From Pseudomonadota bacterium (GTDB taxonomy: Bacteria > Pseudomonadota > Alphaproteobacteria > Rhodobacterales > Rhodobacteraceae): 64,000 bases of DNA. The position numbers were made by a program, and so were the translations under genes. The notes below the pieces were generated by a model. That model did not search any database, was not told the origin of the DNA, and saw only the letters and a program-made list of their open reading frames with translations. Location of the stretch: positions 150,881 through 214,880 of the forward strand of contig JBCBGF010000001.1 of NCBI GenBank assembly GCA_038526915.1, read 5' to 3'. Within the stretch, counting starts at the first letter, position 1; each line of letters opens with the position of its first letter. This document shows positions 1-17,195 of this stretch, one piece after another.

Positions 1-263
1 CACAGCTCCATAAATTCCATATCGCCCGTCAGCCGGGTCCAGAGCCGCTCCAGGGCACTGGCGCGCGTGATCCGCGCCTCACGCTCCTCCACGACAACCT
101 CGCCATAGCGGGCCATCACCGGCGCGCCCTTCACTTCGACCTCGTCGCCCGGGTGCACAACCGCGCCGTTTTCAAACTTCACATGCGCATGCAGGCTCTC
201 GAACTTGTGGCTCACTTCGACGGTGCAGGGCACCGTCTCGTATTCTCGTGTCAGTAGTCCCAT
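1..263 (-). CDS. Conserved PGC-associated hypothetical protein, N-terminal part only (gene runs off the window start)
   Basis: Open minus-strand frame from ATG at 263-261 (MGLLTREYETVPCTVEVSHKFESLHAHVKFENG...) to the window edge, 17 nt downstream of puhC. Missing from the ORF track because there is no stop in the window. The position matches the small ORF that follows puhC in Rhodobacter-type clusters. Confidence 0.5.
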   Translation of the reverse strand, partial: MGLLTREYETVPCTVEVSHKFESLHAHVKFENGAVVHPGDEVEVKGAPVMARYGEVVVEEREARITRASALERLWTRLTGDMEFMEL

Positions 264-280
264 AATCGGTTCCCTTTCGA

Positions 281-766
281 TTATTCTTGGAAGAGGCGCG
301 TAAAATGCGCCTTGTTGCCTTGTCCGAATGACGACAGCTCCACCTGCCATCCGGTTGCGGGGTCGGTCAGCGTCATGCGACCGCTTTCAAATTGCTTGAT
401 CGTCACGGGCGGGTTGCCCTCGACCCGGGCGACAAGCCGCGCCCGCGTCAGGCCGGACCGGATCACGGTGACAAAGGCTCCGTGCTCGCTATCCATCAAA
501 ACGGCACCCTCGGGCGTCGTCACGCGCGCGGCGTTGCCTTCCCCCGCCAGCACCACCTGATGCTCGGCCACCACCGGCTCGTCCGGGGCGACACCGACCA
601 GAGGCCGGTCGGTCAGAACCGCGAAACTCGTGATCGCGAGCGAGGCCAGCGCCAGCCCGAACATCGCATAGACCAAACGCTTGGGGATCATCTCCTTGTC
701 GCGCTTTTCCATCTCGGCGCGTTCAGCATCGTAGTAAAACCCGTTGGGTATGCGTCCATGTGCCAT
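281..766 (-). CDS. puhC: PuhC, reaction-centre assembly factor
   Basis: 161 aa with a single N-terminal TM helix, lying directly after puhB as in the canonical puhABC order. Confidence 0.8.
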   Translation of the reverse strand: MAHGRIPNGFYYDAERAEMEKRDKEMIPKRLVYAMFGLALASLAITSFAVLTDRPLVGVAPDEPVVAEHQVVLAGEGNAARVTTPEGAVLMDSEHGAFVTVIRSGLTRARLVARVEGNPPVTIKQFESGRMTLTDPATGWQVELSSFGQGNKAHFTRLFQE

Positions 767-777
767 GATCGTCCTCC

Positions 778-1413
778 CTATTCGGCCGCAACCGCACCGC
801 TTTGCGCGGGCTTGATCGCAATCTCAGGCTGGGTGATGCGGGTCTCGGCCGCCTCGGCAAAGATCGCCGCCACTTTTTCGGCGTCCGGGATCGACCGCAT
901 TGCAGGTTGGGTCTTTTTCATCCGCCACGGCCGCACATGCGGCCAGAGCACCAGATAGCTCAGCCGCGTCTCGCCCAGTGTGTCGAACACCAGCGTGCCG
1001 GTGCCGTCGCCGCGCAGTTTCAGATCCGCCGACCCGATCCGCGTATAGGGCAGGTTCAGCGTCACTGTGAGCGCTGCCCCCACGCGCAGGGCAACCCGCG
1101 CCGTTGTGATCGTGTACACGGTCGTGCGGGCCATCACCCAAGCCATCAAGAGCAGCACGCCACAGGTCACCGCGCCCAATATCAGGAACGGAATGCCCAG
1201 CACCGCGGCCTGGGAAAACGGCATCTCGGTTGATGAGACACCCGCCCGCCAGATCGCGAGCAACACGAAATACCCCGCGACCCAGTGTAGGTTCAGCGCA
1301 TCGCGCGCCAGGGCGTAGGTTTTTGGCTTGCCCTGCCACAGGATCATCTCCCCCGCCGGCGGTGTCTCCGGCAGGCCTTCGATCGGCTCCACTGCGAAAT
1401 CATCATGTGGCAT
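778..1413 (-). CDS. puhB: PuhB, reaction-centre assembly protein
   Basis: 211 aa with TM helices followed by a bPH-like C-terminus, downstream of puhA. Confidence 0.8.
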   Translation of the reverse strand: MPHDDFAVEPIEGLPETPPAGEMILWQGKPKTYALARDALNLHWVAGYFVLLAIWRAGVSSTEMPFSQAAVLGIPFLILGAVTCGVLLLMAWVMARTTVYTITTARVALRVGAALTVTLNLPYTRIGSADLKLRGDGTGTLVFDTLGETRLSYLVLWPHVRPWRMKKTQPAMRSIPDAEKVAAIFAEAAETRITQPEIAIKPAQSGAVAAE

Positions 1414-1477
1414 GGCTGGTGCCCTTTCTCTTCCCTACGGTGCGTTTCCGATTCCATTGGAAACACGTTGATCCTCT

Positions 1478-1507
1478 GCCGGGCGCCGGTTCCCCACGGC
1501 GCCCGGC
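1478..1507 (-). terminator. Intercistronic GC stem-loop between puhA and puhB (possible partial terminator or mRNA stabiliser)
   Basis: gccgggcgcc / ggcgcccggc forms a perfect 10-bp stem with a 10-nt loop, 8 nt after the puhA stop. A second hairpin, gtttcc...ggaaac, lies at 1444-1464. Confidence 0.4.
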
Positions 1508-1514
1508 AAAGTCG

Positions 1515-2270
1515 TTACGAATAAAGCGTGCCGCCCGCGTAGTAGGCACAGACCTTTTCTTCTTCGAGCTTGGTGATCTGGGTGCTGCCAGCAATCGTCG
1601 GCACACCGTCGAAATGCGCGGCGTTGAGCGAGCGGATCATGACCCACTTCTCGTTGATCCGGCACATGGTGATCGGCACCAGGCGCTTGCCTGAGCCCCA
1701 TTCTGAGACCAGTTCGTATTCGACATAGCGCACAAGATGCTCTGGCGCGTCGATCCACATCTCAGTCACGTGGCCCACGACCTGATCGTCCCGGCTCAAC
1801 ACCGGCAGACCGCGCGGGTCGCGCCCAGCTGACACAAAGAAGGACTCATGCCCTGCCATCGGCGTGATCTTGGGATGGCCGTGGCCGTCAAGTTCGGGCT
1901 CATCCCGGCGCGGCACCCAGGATGCCGGACCCACGCCGTCGACCATCGGATCGCCCGTTGGCGCCAGCGGAAACCCGGTGGATTCGGAGACCCGCGTCAG
2001 CGGCAGATCTTTCCGTCTATGCGCATCCTCGTTTTCCGGTGACGGAACAACGACCTCACCCTTGCCATCGCGCAGGTGGAACGTTTTCGGTTTGGGCACC
2101 GGGAACGGCCCTTGGTTGGGGGTGACGTTGCCGTCCTCATCCTCAAGCGGATACCCCTCGCGCATATTTTCGGTTTGCAGATAGTAGATCAGTCCGGCGA
2201 AGAAGATGTAGAACAGCCAGATACTCAGGCTCGCCAGATCGAAATTTCCAAAGAAGTTGACACCGACCAT
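1515..2270 (-). CDS. puhA: Photosynthetic reaction centre H subunit
   Basis: 251 aa starting MVGVNFFGNFDLASLSIWLFYIFFAGLIYYLQTENMREGYPLE, the typical RC-H N-terminal TM helix, plus a PRC-barrel region. Confidence 0.95.
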   Translation of the reverse strand: MVGVNFFGNFDLASLSIWLFYIFFAGLIYYLQTENMREGYPLEDEDGNVTPNQGPFPVPKPKTFHLRDGKGEVVVPSPENEDAHRRKDLPLTRVSESTGFPLAPTGDPMVDGVGPASWVPRRDEPELDGHGHPKITPMAGHESFFVSAGRDPRGLPVLSRDDQVVGHVTEMWIDAPEHLVRYVEYELVSEWGSGKRLVPITMCRINEKWVMIRSLNAAHFDGVPTIAGSTQITKLEEEKVCAYYAGGTLYS

Positions 2271-2288
2271 GTTGGGGACCTCCAGAGG

Positions 2289-3731
2289 TTAGGTGGGAAA
2301 GTCGGCAAGGCCGATCTTGCCGCTTTCCGTGGTGTTGGGTTGAATTCGAATGAAGGAGAGGCGCACCAGCGGCCCCAGCACGATCAACGTGCCAAAGAGC
2401 AGTGCAATCTCCAGGTGATAGACAACAGAGTAACCGGTGGCAGGGGTGGCCAACGTCTCGCCCAGCGCGCCTGACATCGCCAGTGCACCGACGCCATCGC
2501 GGATCGTCCCGCCCAGCGCGATGGCCGCGCCGGCGGCTGTGGCCTGTGCTGCGCCCCACGCGCCCAAGGCCAAGCCGCGGCCCGCAATGCCCGCCGACGG
2601 CAAAGTCATCGCCGCCGTCAGCGTGGCCACAGCGAACAGCCCGCCGCCCAGTCCGATCAAAACAGCGCCCACAAAGAACAAGGCGGGCGACGCCATGGGC
2701 GCCGAGAAGACAACACAGGAAAACGCGGTAATCCCGATCAAGATCCCACGCGCCGCCATCCGGAAGCTATCCAGCCCCCGCGCCAGCCAGCGCGCCGCAA
2801 ACCCAAAGCCCACCAGGGCGCCCGCGGCCCACAGCGCCGTTAACAGCGTCGTGGCCGACACCGACAGCCCCAGGATCTCACCCCCATAGGGCTCCAGCAG
2901 CACGTCTTGCATGTTGAACGCCATCGTCCCAATGAACACCACCGCGAGAAGCCGCCCAGCATCGCCACCCTTGGCATAATCCGCCCAGGCGTCCGCGAAC
3001 TTGGGCCGTGGTGCAGCACGTTCATCCCGCGTCATCGGGCGCACATGCTCCTGCTTCCAAAGCGCAATCACATTGATGATCAGCGTCGCCGCCGCCGCGC
3101 CCTGCACCACCTGGATCAGGCGAAGCTCCGAGAAATCGCGCAACAGGAAGCCCACGATCACCGCCGACACACCCATGCCAATCAGGAACATCACGTAAAG
3201 CAGCGCCACCACACGCGGCCGCGTCTCATCCGTGGCCCGGTCGGCGGCCAGCGCCAGCCCCGCGGTCTGGGTCATGTGCATCCCCAGCCCGGTCATCAGG
3301 AAGGCCAGCGCCGCCAGCGCCTCCCCCGCCCAAGCAGGACCAAGCGTCTGTTCACCCGACAAAACGATCAGCGCGAACGGCATCACCGCCAGCCCGCCCA
3401 TCTGCCAAAGCGACCCGAACCACAGGAACGGAATGCGCTTCCAACCGATTGCCGACCGATGCGTATCCGACCGGAACCCAAGCAGCGCCCGGAACGGCGC
3501 GATCAGCACCGGCAGCGCGATCATCACCGCGACGATCATCGCCGGAACGCTTAGTTCCACGATCATCACCCGGTTGAGCGTGCCCAAGAGCATGACGGTG
3601 GCCATCCCCACCGACACCTGGAACAGCGCCAGCCGCAACAACTGCCCCAAAGGCAGCGCATCCGATGCCGCATCCGCAAAGGGCAGGAACCGGCCCGAAA
3701 GCTGCTTGACCATGGATTTCGTGACGATCAT
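2289..3731 (-). CDS. lhaA: LhaA, LH1 assembly protein (PucC-family MFS)
   Basis: About 480-aa 12-TM protein between bchM and puhA. Start taken at the ATG overlapping the bchM stop (ATGA); the ORF track starts 18 nt further upstream. Confidence 0.85.
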   Translation of the reverse strand: MIVTKSMVKQLSGRFLPFADAASDALPLGQLLRLALFQVSVGMATVMLLGTLNRVMIVELSVPAMIVAVMIALPVLIAPFRALLGFRSDTHRSAIGWKRIPFLWFGSLWQMGGLAVMPFALIVLSGEQTLGPAWAGEALAALAFLMTGLGMHMTQTAGLALAADRATDETRPRVVALLYVMFLIGMGVSAVIVGFLLRDFSELRLIQVVQGAAAATLIINVIALWKQEHVRPMTRDERAAPRPKFADAWADYAKGGDAGRLLAVVFIGTMAFNMQDVLLEPYGGEILGLSVSATTLLTALWAAGALVGFGFAARWLARGLDSFRMAARGILIGITAFSCVVFSAPMASPALFFVGAVLIGLGGGLFAVATLTAAMTLPSAGIAGRGLALGAWGAAQATAAGAAIALGGTIRDGVGALAMSGALGETLATPATGYSVVYHLEIALLFGTLIVLGPLVRLSFIRIQPNTTESGKIGLADFPT

Positions 3732-4401
3732 GGCCGCAACTCCAAACACTCAGAAATGTAAAACCCGCTGGTCACCCGCTCGATCTGGGTCAGGTCACCG
3801 CCAACGGTTTGCGCCAGCTTCCGATGCGCATGCGGCACCATCACAGGCGACCGGTCGGAGCGTGGGAACACTTTCCCCAAGCCCCAGAACGTCATCAGAA
3901 ACGGCGTGCGCGGCGCGACGGTAAAGACAACCCCGCCCCGCGTCCGCTCGGCCAGGCGGTCCAGCGCCGCCGTGATATCCGGCACGCTGTAGTAAATCAG
4001 GCTGTCCATTGCGACGACGAAGTCATGCTCGCCCAGATCGCCCAGCATATCGCCCGCCACGAACCGCACCCGGCCCGCATCGCCTTCCGGCAACCGCGCC
4101 CGCGCGACCTCAATCAGCTGTGGTGAGATATCCACCGCCGTCACATCCGCGCCCCGTGCGGCCAGCTCCGCCGTCATCTGCCCCGCGCCGCATCCCGCAT
4201 CGAGCACCCGCACACCGTGCAGATCCTCGGGCATTCTCGACAGCATCACCGCCCGCATCCGGTCACGGCCCTTGCGCACCGTCTCGCGCACCCGGCTCAC
4301 CGGCGCGTCAGAGGTCAGGCGTTCCCACGTCTGGGTCGCCGTCCGGTCGAAGTAGTCCTCAACCCGCGCGCGCGTCGCATCATATGAGGCGGTGGCCACC
4401 A

Positions 4402-4402
<1 letters not shown>
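3728..4402 (-). CDS. bchM: Mg-protoporphyrin IX methyltransferase
   Basis: SAM-binding motif VLDAGCGAGQM. The ATG at 4402 overlaps the bchL TGA by 1 nt; the track's first codon at 4405 is TTG. Confidence 0.95.
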
Positions 4403-12354
<7,952 letters not shown>

Positions 12355-12410
12355 GAAAAGACTCCCAGCGGACTATCGCCAACCGCAGACTACTGCTCTA
12401 TCGCGGAAAG

Positions 12411-12428
12411 TGTCAATTATAACTTACA
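12411..12428. promoter_or_regulatory. PpsR/CrtJ-type palindrome (bchF promoter side)
   Basis: TGTCAATTATAACTTACA is an exact TGT-N12-ACA with an AT-rich spacer, 57 nt upstream of the bchF ATG. Confidence 0.75.
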
Positions 12429-12500
12429 CTCTGGAAATCTGTTCGTTGACACCGCCCAGCGGTGAACAGAACCCCGCCAGGGCATGCGTTTTTAACTGAA

Positions 12501-12524
12501 AAAACAGGAGTTTTCTCCTGTTTT
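12501..12524. terminator. Symmetric intrinsic-terminator-like hairpin in the bchF/ppaA divergent region
   Basis: aaaacaggag-tttt-ctcctgtttt forms a perfect 10-bp stem, with an A-run on one side and a T-run on the other. Confidence 0.45.
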
Positions 12525-12557
12525 GGTCCAGAAACCCGCCGATAAACACGCTAAAAC

Positions 12558-12575
12558 TGTCAATTTTCTTTGACA
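12558..12575. promoter_or_regulatory. PpsR/CrtJ-type palindrome (ppaA promoter side)
   Basis: TGTCAATTTTCTTTGACA is an exact TGT-N12-ACA and overlaps a TTGACA -35-like hexamer. Confidence 0.75.
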
Positions 12576-12654
12576 TTCTGACCGCGCTATACGACTGTTG
12601 GCGCCATTGGGCCGATGACGACTCACCTTATGTCGGGCCGCGTGCCACTCGGGA

Positions 12655-13464
12655 TTGCCCGGAATGACAGACCGTCAGGACAGCAGAAGACTACGGACCG
12701 AAGGCGGCGCTGCGCCCACCTTCGAAAGTCTGGCCGAGCATGCGATTGCCATGCTCGCTTCCAAGCGGGCACCGGGCGGATTGGTTCTGTCCGAACGCCT
12801 GGTGCTGGACCTGATAGATGGCGCCCAAGCCGACGATCCCGACAGGCTGCGCACCGCCGTCGTGGATTTGACGCACACTGGTATCCCGCCAGAAGAGATT
12901 ATTGATTACTACATCCCCGAGGCGGCCCGCCGCATGGGGGAGCAATGGTGCGAAGATCAGATGGGCTTCGCGGACGTCACAATTGGGGTTGCACGGCTCC
13001 AGCGGGCCATGCGCGATCTCTCCATCGACCCGCGCCAGCACGCGAACGCCGGACGTGGGACCGTATCGATCCTGGTGGCCGTGGCCGAGGGCGATTACCA
13101 TACGCTAGGCGCCATGGTTTTAACCGAACAGTTCCGCCGGATCGGTGTATCCGTGAGACTGCTCCTGGGCGATGACGCCCGCGACACGCAACGCATTGTT
13201 GCCACGGGCGATTTCGACGCTATCTTTTTCTCATTGGCGGTGGCTGAGGGGTTGGGTCCGCTTCGTGATCTGATCGACCAGGTGCGCCAAGTGTTGCCCA
13301 AGCCCACTCCAATCGTGGTTGGTGGTGCCGTTGGGACGAGTGGACTGAACATAAAGAAGCTGACCGGTGCCGATCACGCGACAACAGACCTCAAAGAAGC
13401 GCTGCGTCTATGCGGTCTGAAGATTTCACCTCAAGGCGCAAGGCAACGCGCCACGTCGGAGTAG
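12655..13464 (+). CDS. ppaA: PpaA/AerR, cobalamin-binding antirepressor of PpsR
   Basis: B12-binding-domain signature VAVAEGDYHTLGAMVLTEQFRRIGVSVRLL, directly upstream of ppsR. The exact start is uncertain (12655 or 12664). Confidence 0.85.
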   Translation: MPGMTDRQDSRRLRTEGGAAPTFESLAEHAIAMLASKRAPGGLVLSERLVLDLIDGAQADDPDRLRTAVVDLTHTGIPPEEIIDYYIPEAARRMGEQWCEDQMGFADVTIGVARLQRAMRDLSIDPRQHANAGRGTVSILVAVAEGDYHTLGAMVLTEQFRRIGVSVRLLLGDDARDTQRIVATGDFDAIFFSLAVAEGLGPLRDLIDQVRQVLPKPTPIVVGGAVGTSGLNIKKLTGADHATTDLKEALRLCGLKISPQGARQRATSE

Positions 13465-13499
13465 CCGATGATCCTGCCGCCACCATCGGAGACGGCAAG

Positions 13500-14915
13500 T
13501 TGAGCTCGCGCGGGACGCGGTATTGGAGCACGGGCTCCATCCCCCTGATCGGGCCTGATGTCCTTGGCGACATCATCTCCACCGCGGGCGATATCGGCAT
13601 CGTGATTTCGGACGTTGGACAGATCCTGAGCGTCCTCGTCAATCCGACCCACGCAAGTTTCGGCCGCCTCGATCATTGGGAAGGCCACGACATCCGCGAT
13701 TTCCTGAGCACCGAAAGCATCCCAAAGCTGGAGACCCAGCTTGATGCCTTCTCCTCGGGCGCAGAAACCACGCGGTCCATGGAGCTGAACCACACCGATA
13801 ACGGCGATTGGCAGTTCCCTATTCGGTACACGTTGCATCAAATCGGCCCGGATGGCGCGCTTCTGATGCTGGGTCGCGACCTACGCCCAATCGCCGAGAT
13901 GCAGCAGCAGCTGGTCAAGGCTCAGCTCGCGCTGGAACGCGACTATGAACAGCAGCGTGAACATGACACCCGCTTCCGCGTTTTGATGGACAGCGTGACC
14001 GAAGCTGTTGCCTTTGTCTCGCTCAGCTCAGGGCGCGTCACCGATGTCAACGGTCCGGCCTGCGCCCTGTTGGGCGGATCTCCATCGGAGTTGCACAACG
14101 CGGGCTTTGCGCAAGAGTTCGAATCCCGGCGCAAAGGCGAACTGATCGACCAATTGGCCAACATGGCCATCACCGAGGGCAGCAAACCGGTTGAGCTGAT
14201 GGCCCGCCGATCCCGAAAGCGCTTGCTGATCGCCCCCGTCCTGTTCCGCGCTGCCGGTGATCGCTACCTACTGTGCCGCCTCGAGAACGCCGACGACGTC
14301 GAACCGACGACCGATGAGCTGACCGAAAACCTCAACGGCCTTTATCAGGAAGGCAGCGATGCCATCGTGTTCACCGATGCAGGCGGCCTGATCCTGTCGG
14401 CGAACGAAGCATTCCTGAACATGGCCGACATCGCGCATGTCACGCTGGCCCGAGGGCGGCCCTTGGCCGACTACCTCGCGCGCGGATCGGTAGACAGCAA
14501 GGTGTTGATCGACAACGCCACCCGCTCGGGCAACATGAGCATGTATGCCACCAAGCTCACGTCCGAGTTTGGGGCCGAAACCTCGGTAGAGATCTCCGCC
14601 ACCTACCTCAATGACCGGGCCAAGCCGGCGCTTGTCTATGTCATCCGCGACGCAAGCCGCGTCGATGCCGTGCGGCGGCCCGGCGTGGCGGTCAGCGATG
14701 ATGGCGTGCGCAGCGTGATGGAATTGGTGGGCTCCGCCACGCTGAAAGACATCGTCAGCGAAACCACCGATGTCGTTGAAAAGATGTGCATCGAAACGGC
14801 GGTGGAGTTGACCCGCAACAACCGCGTGGCCGCCGCCGAAATGCTGGGCCTCAGCCGGCAGAGCTTGTATGTAAAGCTCCGTAAATATGGGCTTTTGAAC
14901 AAGTCGCCCAACTAA
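13500..14915 (+). CDS. ppsR: PpsR/CrtJ, repressor of photosynthesis genes
   Basis: PAS repeats (LMLGRDLRPIAEMQQQLVKAQLALERDYE) and a C-terminal Fis-type HTH (AAEMLGLSRQSLYVKLRKYGL). Start proposed at TTG 13500, with GGAGA 7 nt upstream. The alternative is ATG 13410, which overlaps ppaA by 55 nt. Confidence 0.9.
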   Translation: MSSRGTRYWSTGSIPLIGPDVLGDIISTAGDIGIVISDVGQILSVLVNPTHASFGRLDHWEGHDIRDFLSTESIPKLETQLDAFSSGAETTRSMELNHTDNGDWQFPIRYTLHQIGPDGALLMLGRDLRPIAEMQQQLVKAQLALERDYEQQREHDTRFRVLMDSVTEAVAFVSLSSGRVTDVNGPACALLGGSPSELHNAGFAQEFESRRKGELIDQLANMAITEGSKPVELMARRSRKRLLIAPVLFRAAGDRYLLCRLENADDVEPTTDELTENLNGLYQEGSDAIVFTDAGGLILSANEAFLNMADIAHVTLARGRPLADYLARGSVDSKVLIDNATRSGNMSMYATKLTSEFGAETSVEISATYLNDRAKPALVYVIRDASRVDAVRRPGVAVSDDGVRSVMELVGSATLKDIVSETTDVVEKMCIETAVELTRNNRVAAAEMLGLSRQSLYVKLRKYGLLNKSPN

Positions 14916-14984
14916 ACGGCAATCCTGACAAATGAGACGATTTTACCCGGTTTAACGGGCAATGAGCGCTTGTGCGACTCGTGC

Positions 14985-15002
14985 TGTCAATTTAGGTTGA
15001 CA
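14985..15002. promoter_or_regulatory. PpsR/CrtJ-type palindrome abutting the bchG start codon
   Basis: TGTCAATTTAGGTTGACA is an exact TGT-N12-ACA ending 2 nt before ATG 15005. Confidence 0.7.
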
Positions 15003-15004
15003 GT

Positions 15005-15913
15005 ATGTCTGTCACCTCTGTCATACATGGCCGCCGCTGGCCCGAACCCTCCGCCCTGCTGGAGCTGATCAAACCGATCACGTGGTTCCCGCCGATGTGG
15101 GCCTATCTCTGTGGGATCGTCTCCGCCGGGGTCTCGCCCGTCGGCAATTGGGGGCTCATGATCCTAGGCGTGATCCTGGCCGGCCCCGTTGTCTGCGGGA
15201 TGAGCCAGGCGGCCAATGACTGGTGCGACCGGCATGTAGACGCCATCAACGAACCAAACCGCCCGATCCCTTCGGGCCGCATCCCGGGCCGCTGGGGTCT
15301 CTACGTCGCGCTCGCCATGTCGGCCCTCGCCCTCTGGATGGGGTCCTTCCTCGGCCCGTGGGGGTTTGGCGCCACCGTTTTTGGTGTGATCGCCGCCTGG
15401 GCCTATTCCGCCGAACCCATCCGGCTCAAGAAGTCCGGCTGGTGGGGTCCAGGCCTCGTCGGCCTTTGCTACGAAGGGTTGCCCTGGTTCACCGGCGCCG
15501 CCGTTCTGTCCGCCGGTGCCCCTGCCGCCCCTGTTATCATCGTCGCCTTCCTCTACGCTGCGGGCGCCCACGGCATCATGACACTGAATGATTTCAAAGC
15601 GCTTGAGGGCGACCGGCAAATGGGCGTGCGTTCCCTTCCCGTCACCGTCGGCCCCGATGTTGCGGCCAAAATCGCCTGCATCGGCATGGCGGTTCCGCAG
15701 ATGATCGTGATCTCGATGCTGTTTGTTTGGGGCCGGCCCTGGCACGCGCTGGCCGTCACCGCCGTACTTCTGGCCCAGTTCGCGGCCATGCGCGTGATGC
15801 TGCGTGATCCGCGCGGCAAGGCGCCATGGTATAACGCGACCGGGGTCACCCTCTATGTCGCGGGCATGATGATCACCGCCTTTGCCATCCGCACGATTGG
15901 AAACGGGCTATGA
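15005..15913 (+). CDS. bchG: Bacteriochlorophyll synthase
   Basis: 302-aa UbiA-family prenyltransferase with the NDWCDRHVDAINEPNRPIPSG motif. Confidence 0.95.
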   Translation: MSVTSVIHGRRWPEPSALLELIKPITWFPPMWAYLCGIVSAGVSPVGNWGLMILGVILAGPVVCGMSQAANDWCDRHVDAINEPNRPIPSGRIPGRWGLYVALAMSALALWMGSFLGPWGFGATVFGVIAAWAYSAEPIRLKKSGWWGPGLVGLCYEGLPWFTGAAVLSAGAPAAPVIIVAFLYAAGAHGIMTLNDFKALEGDRQMGVRSLPVTVGPDVAAKIACIGMAVPQMIVISMLFVWGRPWHALAVTAVLLAQFAAMRVMLRDPRGKAPWYNATGVTLYVAGMMITAFAIRTIGNGL

Positions 15914-17193
15914 CGCTGTCCTGGCTCTCCATCGTCCGGCTGGGCTTTGTGCAAATGGCGCTGGGCGCCATCGTTGTTCTCACGACCTCCACACTGAACC
16001 GACTGATGGTCGTCGAACTGGCCCTGCCCGCCGTCCTGCCCGGCCTATTGGTCGCGCTGCACTATGGCATCCAGATCACCCGCCCGTCCTGGGGATTTCT
16101 CAGCGACAAGGGCGGCAACCGCACCAGCTTCATCATCGGCGGTATGGCCGTCTTGGGCGCAGGTGCCTGGCTCGCCGCGGCCGCAATCCCGATTTTCGAG
16201 GGTAACTTCGCCGCCGGCCTGGCCCTGTCGATCTTCGCCTACACGCTGATCGGCCTGGGCGTCGGCGCCTCGGGCACATCGCTCCTGGCACTTCTGGCCA
16301 CCGCCACCGCGCCCCGCCGCCGCGCGGCGGCCGCGACGATCACCTGGCTGATGATGGTCTTTGGCATCGCCGTGACCGCCACCGTGGTGGGCAGCTTCCT
16401 TGACCCCTACACCCCCGCCCTCTTGCTCCGCATCGTCGGGATCGTTGTCCTGAGTGCCATCACCGTCACCACGCTCGCCATCTGGCGCGTCGAACGCGGC
16501 GTCGCCGCCCGGGCCGAGCCCGAGACCGCCAGCTTCCGCGAAGGCTTCGCCCAGGTCTGGGGCGAACGCCGCGCACGGAATTTCACGATCTTCGTCTTCG
16601 TCTCGATGACCGCCTACTTCATGCAGGAACTGATACTAGAGCCCTATTCCGGCCTTGTCTTCGGCTTTACCCCCGGCCAATCGACGTCGCTGTCAGGAGC
16701 CCAAAACGGCGGCGTGTTCCTTGGCATGCTGACGGTCGGCATCGCGGCCACCGGCCTCAGGGTCGGATCGCTGCGCACATGGGTGATCGTCGGCTGCCTC
16801 GGCTCTGCCGCCGCCCTCACCGCCATCGCGATGGCGGGCACAATGCAACTGGCCATCCTGATGCCCGCCGTCGTCGCCCTCGGCCTTTTCAACGGCGTTT
16901 TCGCCGTGGCCGCCATCGGATCGATGATGGCATTGGCGGGCGAAGGCCGCGGCCGACGCGAAGGCACAAGGATGGGCCTCTGGGGCGCGGCACAGGCGAT
17001 TGCCGCGGGCTTTGGTGGCCTTCTCGGTGCCGCCGCCGTCGATACCATGCGCACCACGCTGACCGACAGCGCCGCCTTCGGCACCGTCTTCGTCGCCGAA
17101 GCGGCCCTTTTCATCGTCGCCGCCCTCATGGCGGTCCGCATCCTTGACGCCGGGCGCGCGCCCACGGCCTCTCATCTGGTTCCAGGAGAATGA
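15910..17193 (+). CDS. PucC-family MFS protein of the PGC (orf428 / bch2-like)
   Basis: 427 aa, 12 TM helices, paralogous to lhaA, between bchG and bchP as in Rhodobacter. Confidence 0.85.
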   Translation: MTLSWLSIVRLGFVQMALGAIVVLTTSTLNRLMVVELALPAVLPGLLVALHYGIQITRPSWGFLSDKGGNRTSFIIGGMAVLGAGAWLAAAAIPIFEGNFAAGLALSIFAYTLIGLGVGASGTSLLALLATATAPRRRAAAATITWLMMVFGIAVTATVVGSFLDPYTPALLLRIVGIVVLSAITVTTLAIWRVERGVAARAEPETASFREGFAQVWGERRARNFTIFVFVSMTAYFMQELILEPYSGLVFGFTPGQSTSLSGAQNGGVFLGMLTVGIAATGLRVGSLRTWVIVGCLGSAAALTAIAMAGTMQLAILMPAVVALGLFNGVFAVAAIGSMMALAGEGRGRREGTRMGLWGAAQAIAAGFGGLLGAAAVDTMRTTLTDSAAFGTVFVAEAALFIVAALMAVRILDAGRAPTASHLVPGE

Positions 17194-17195
17194 GC

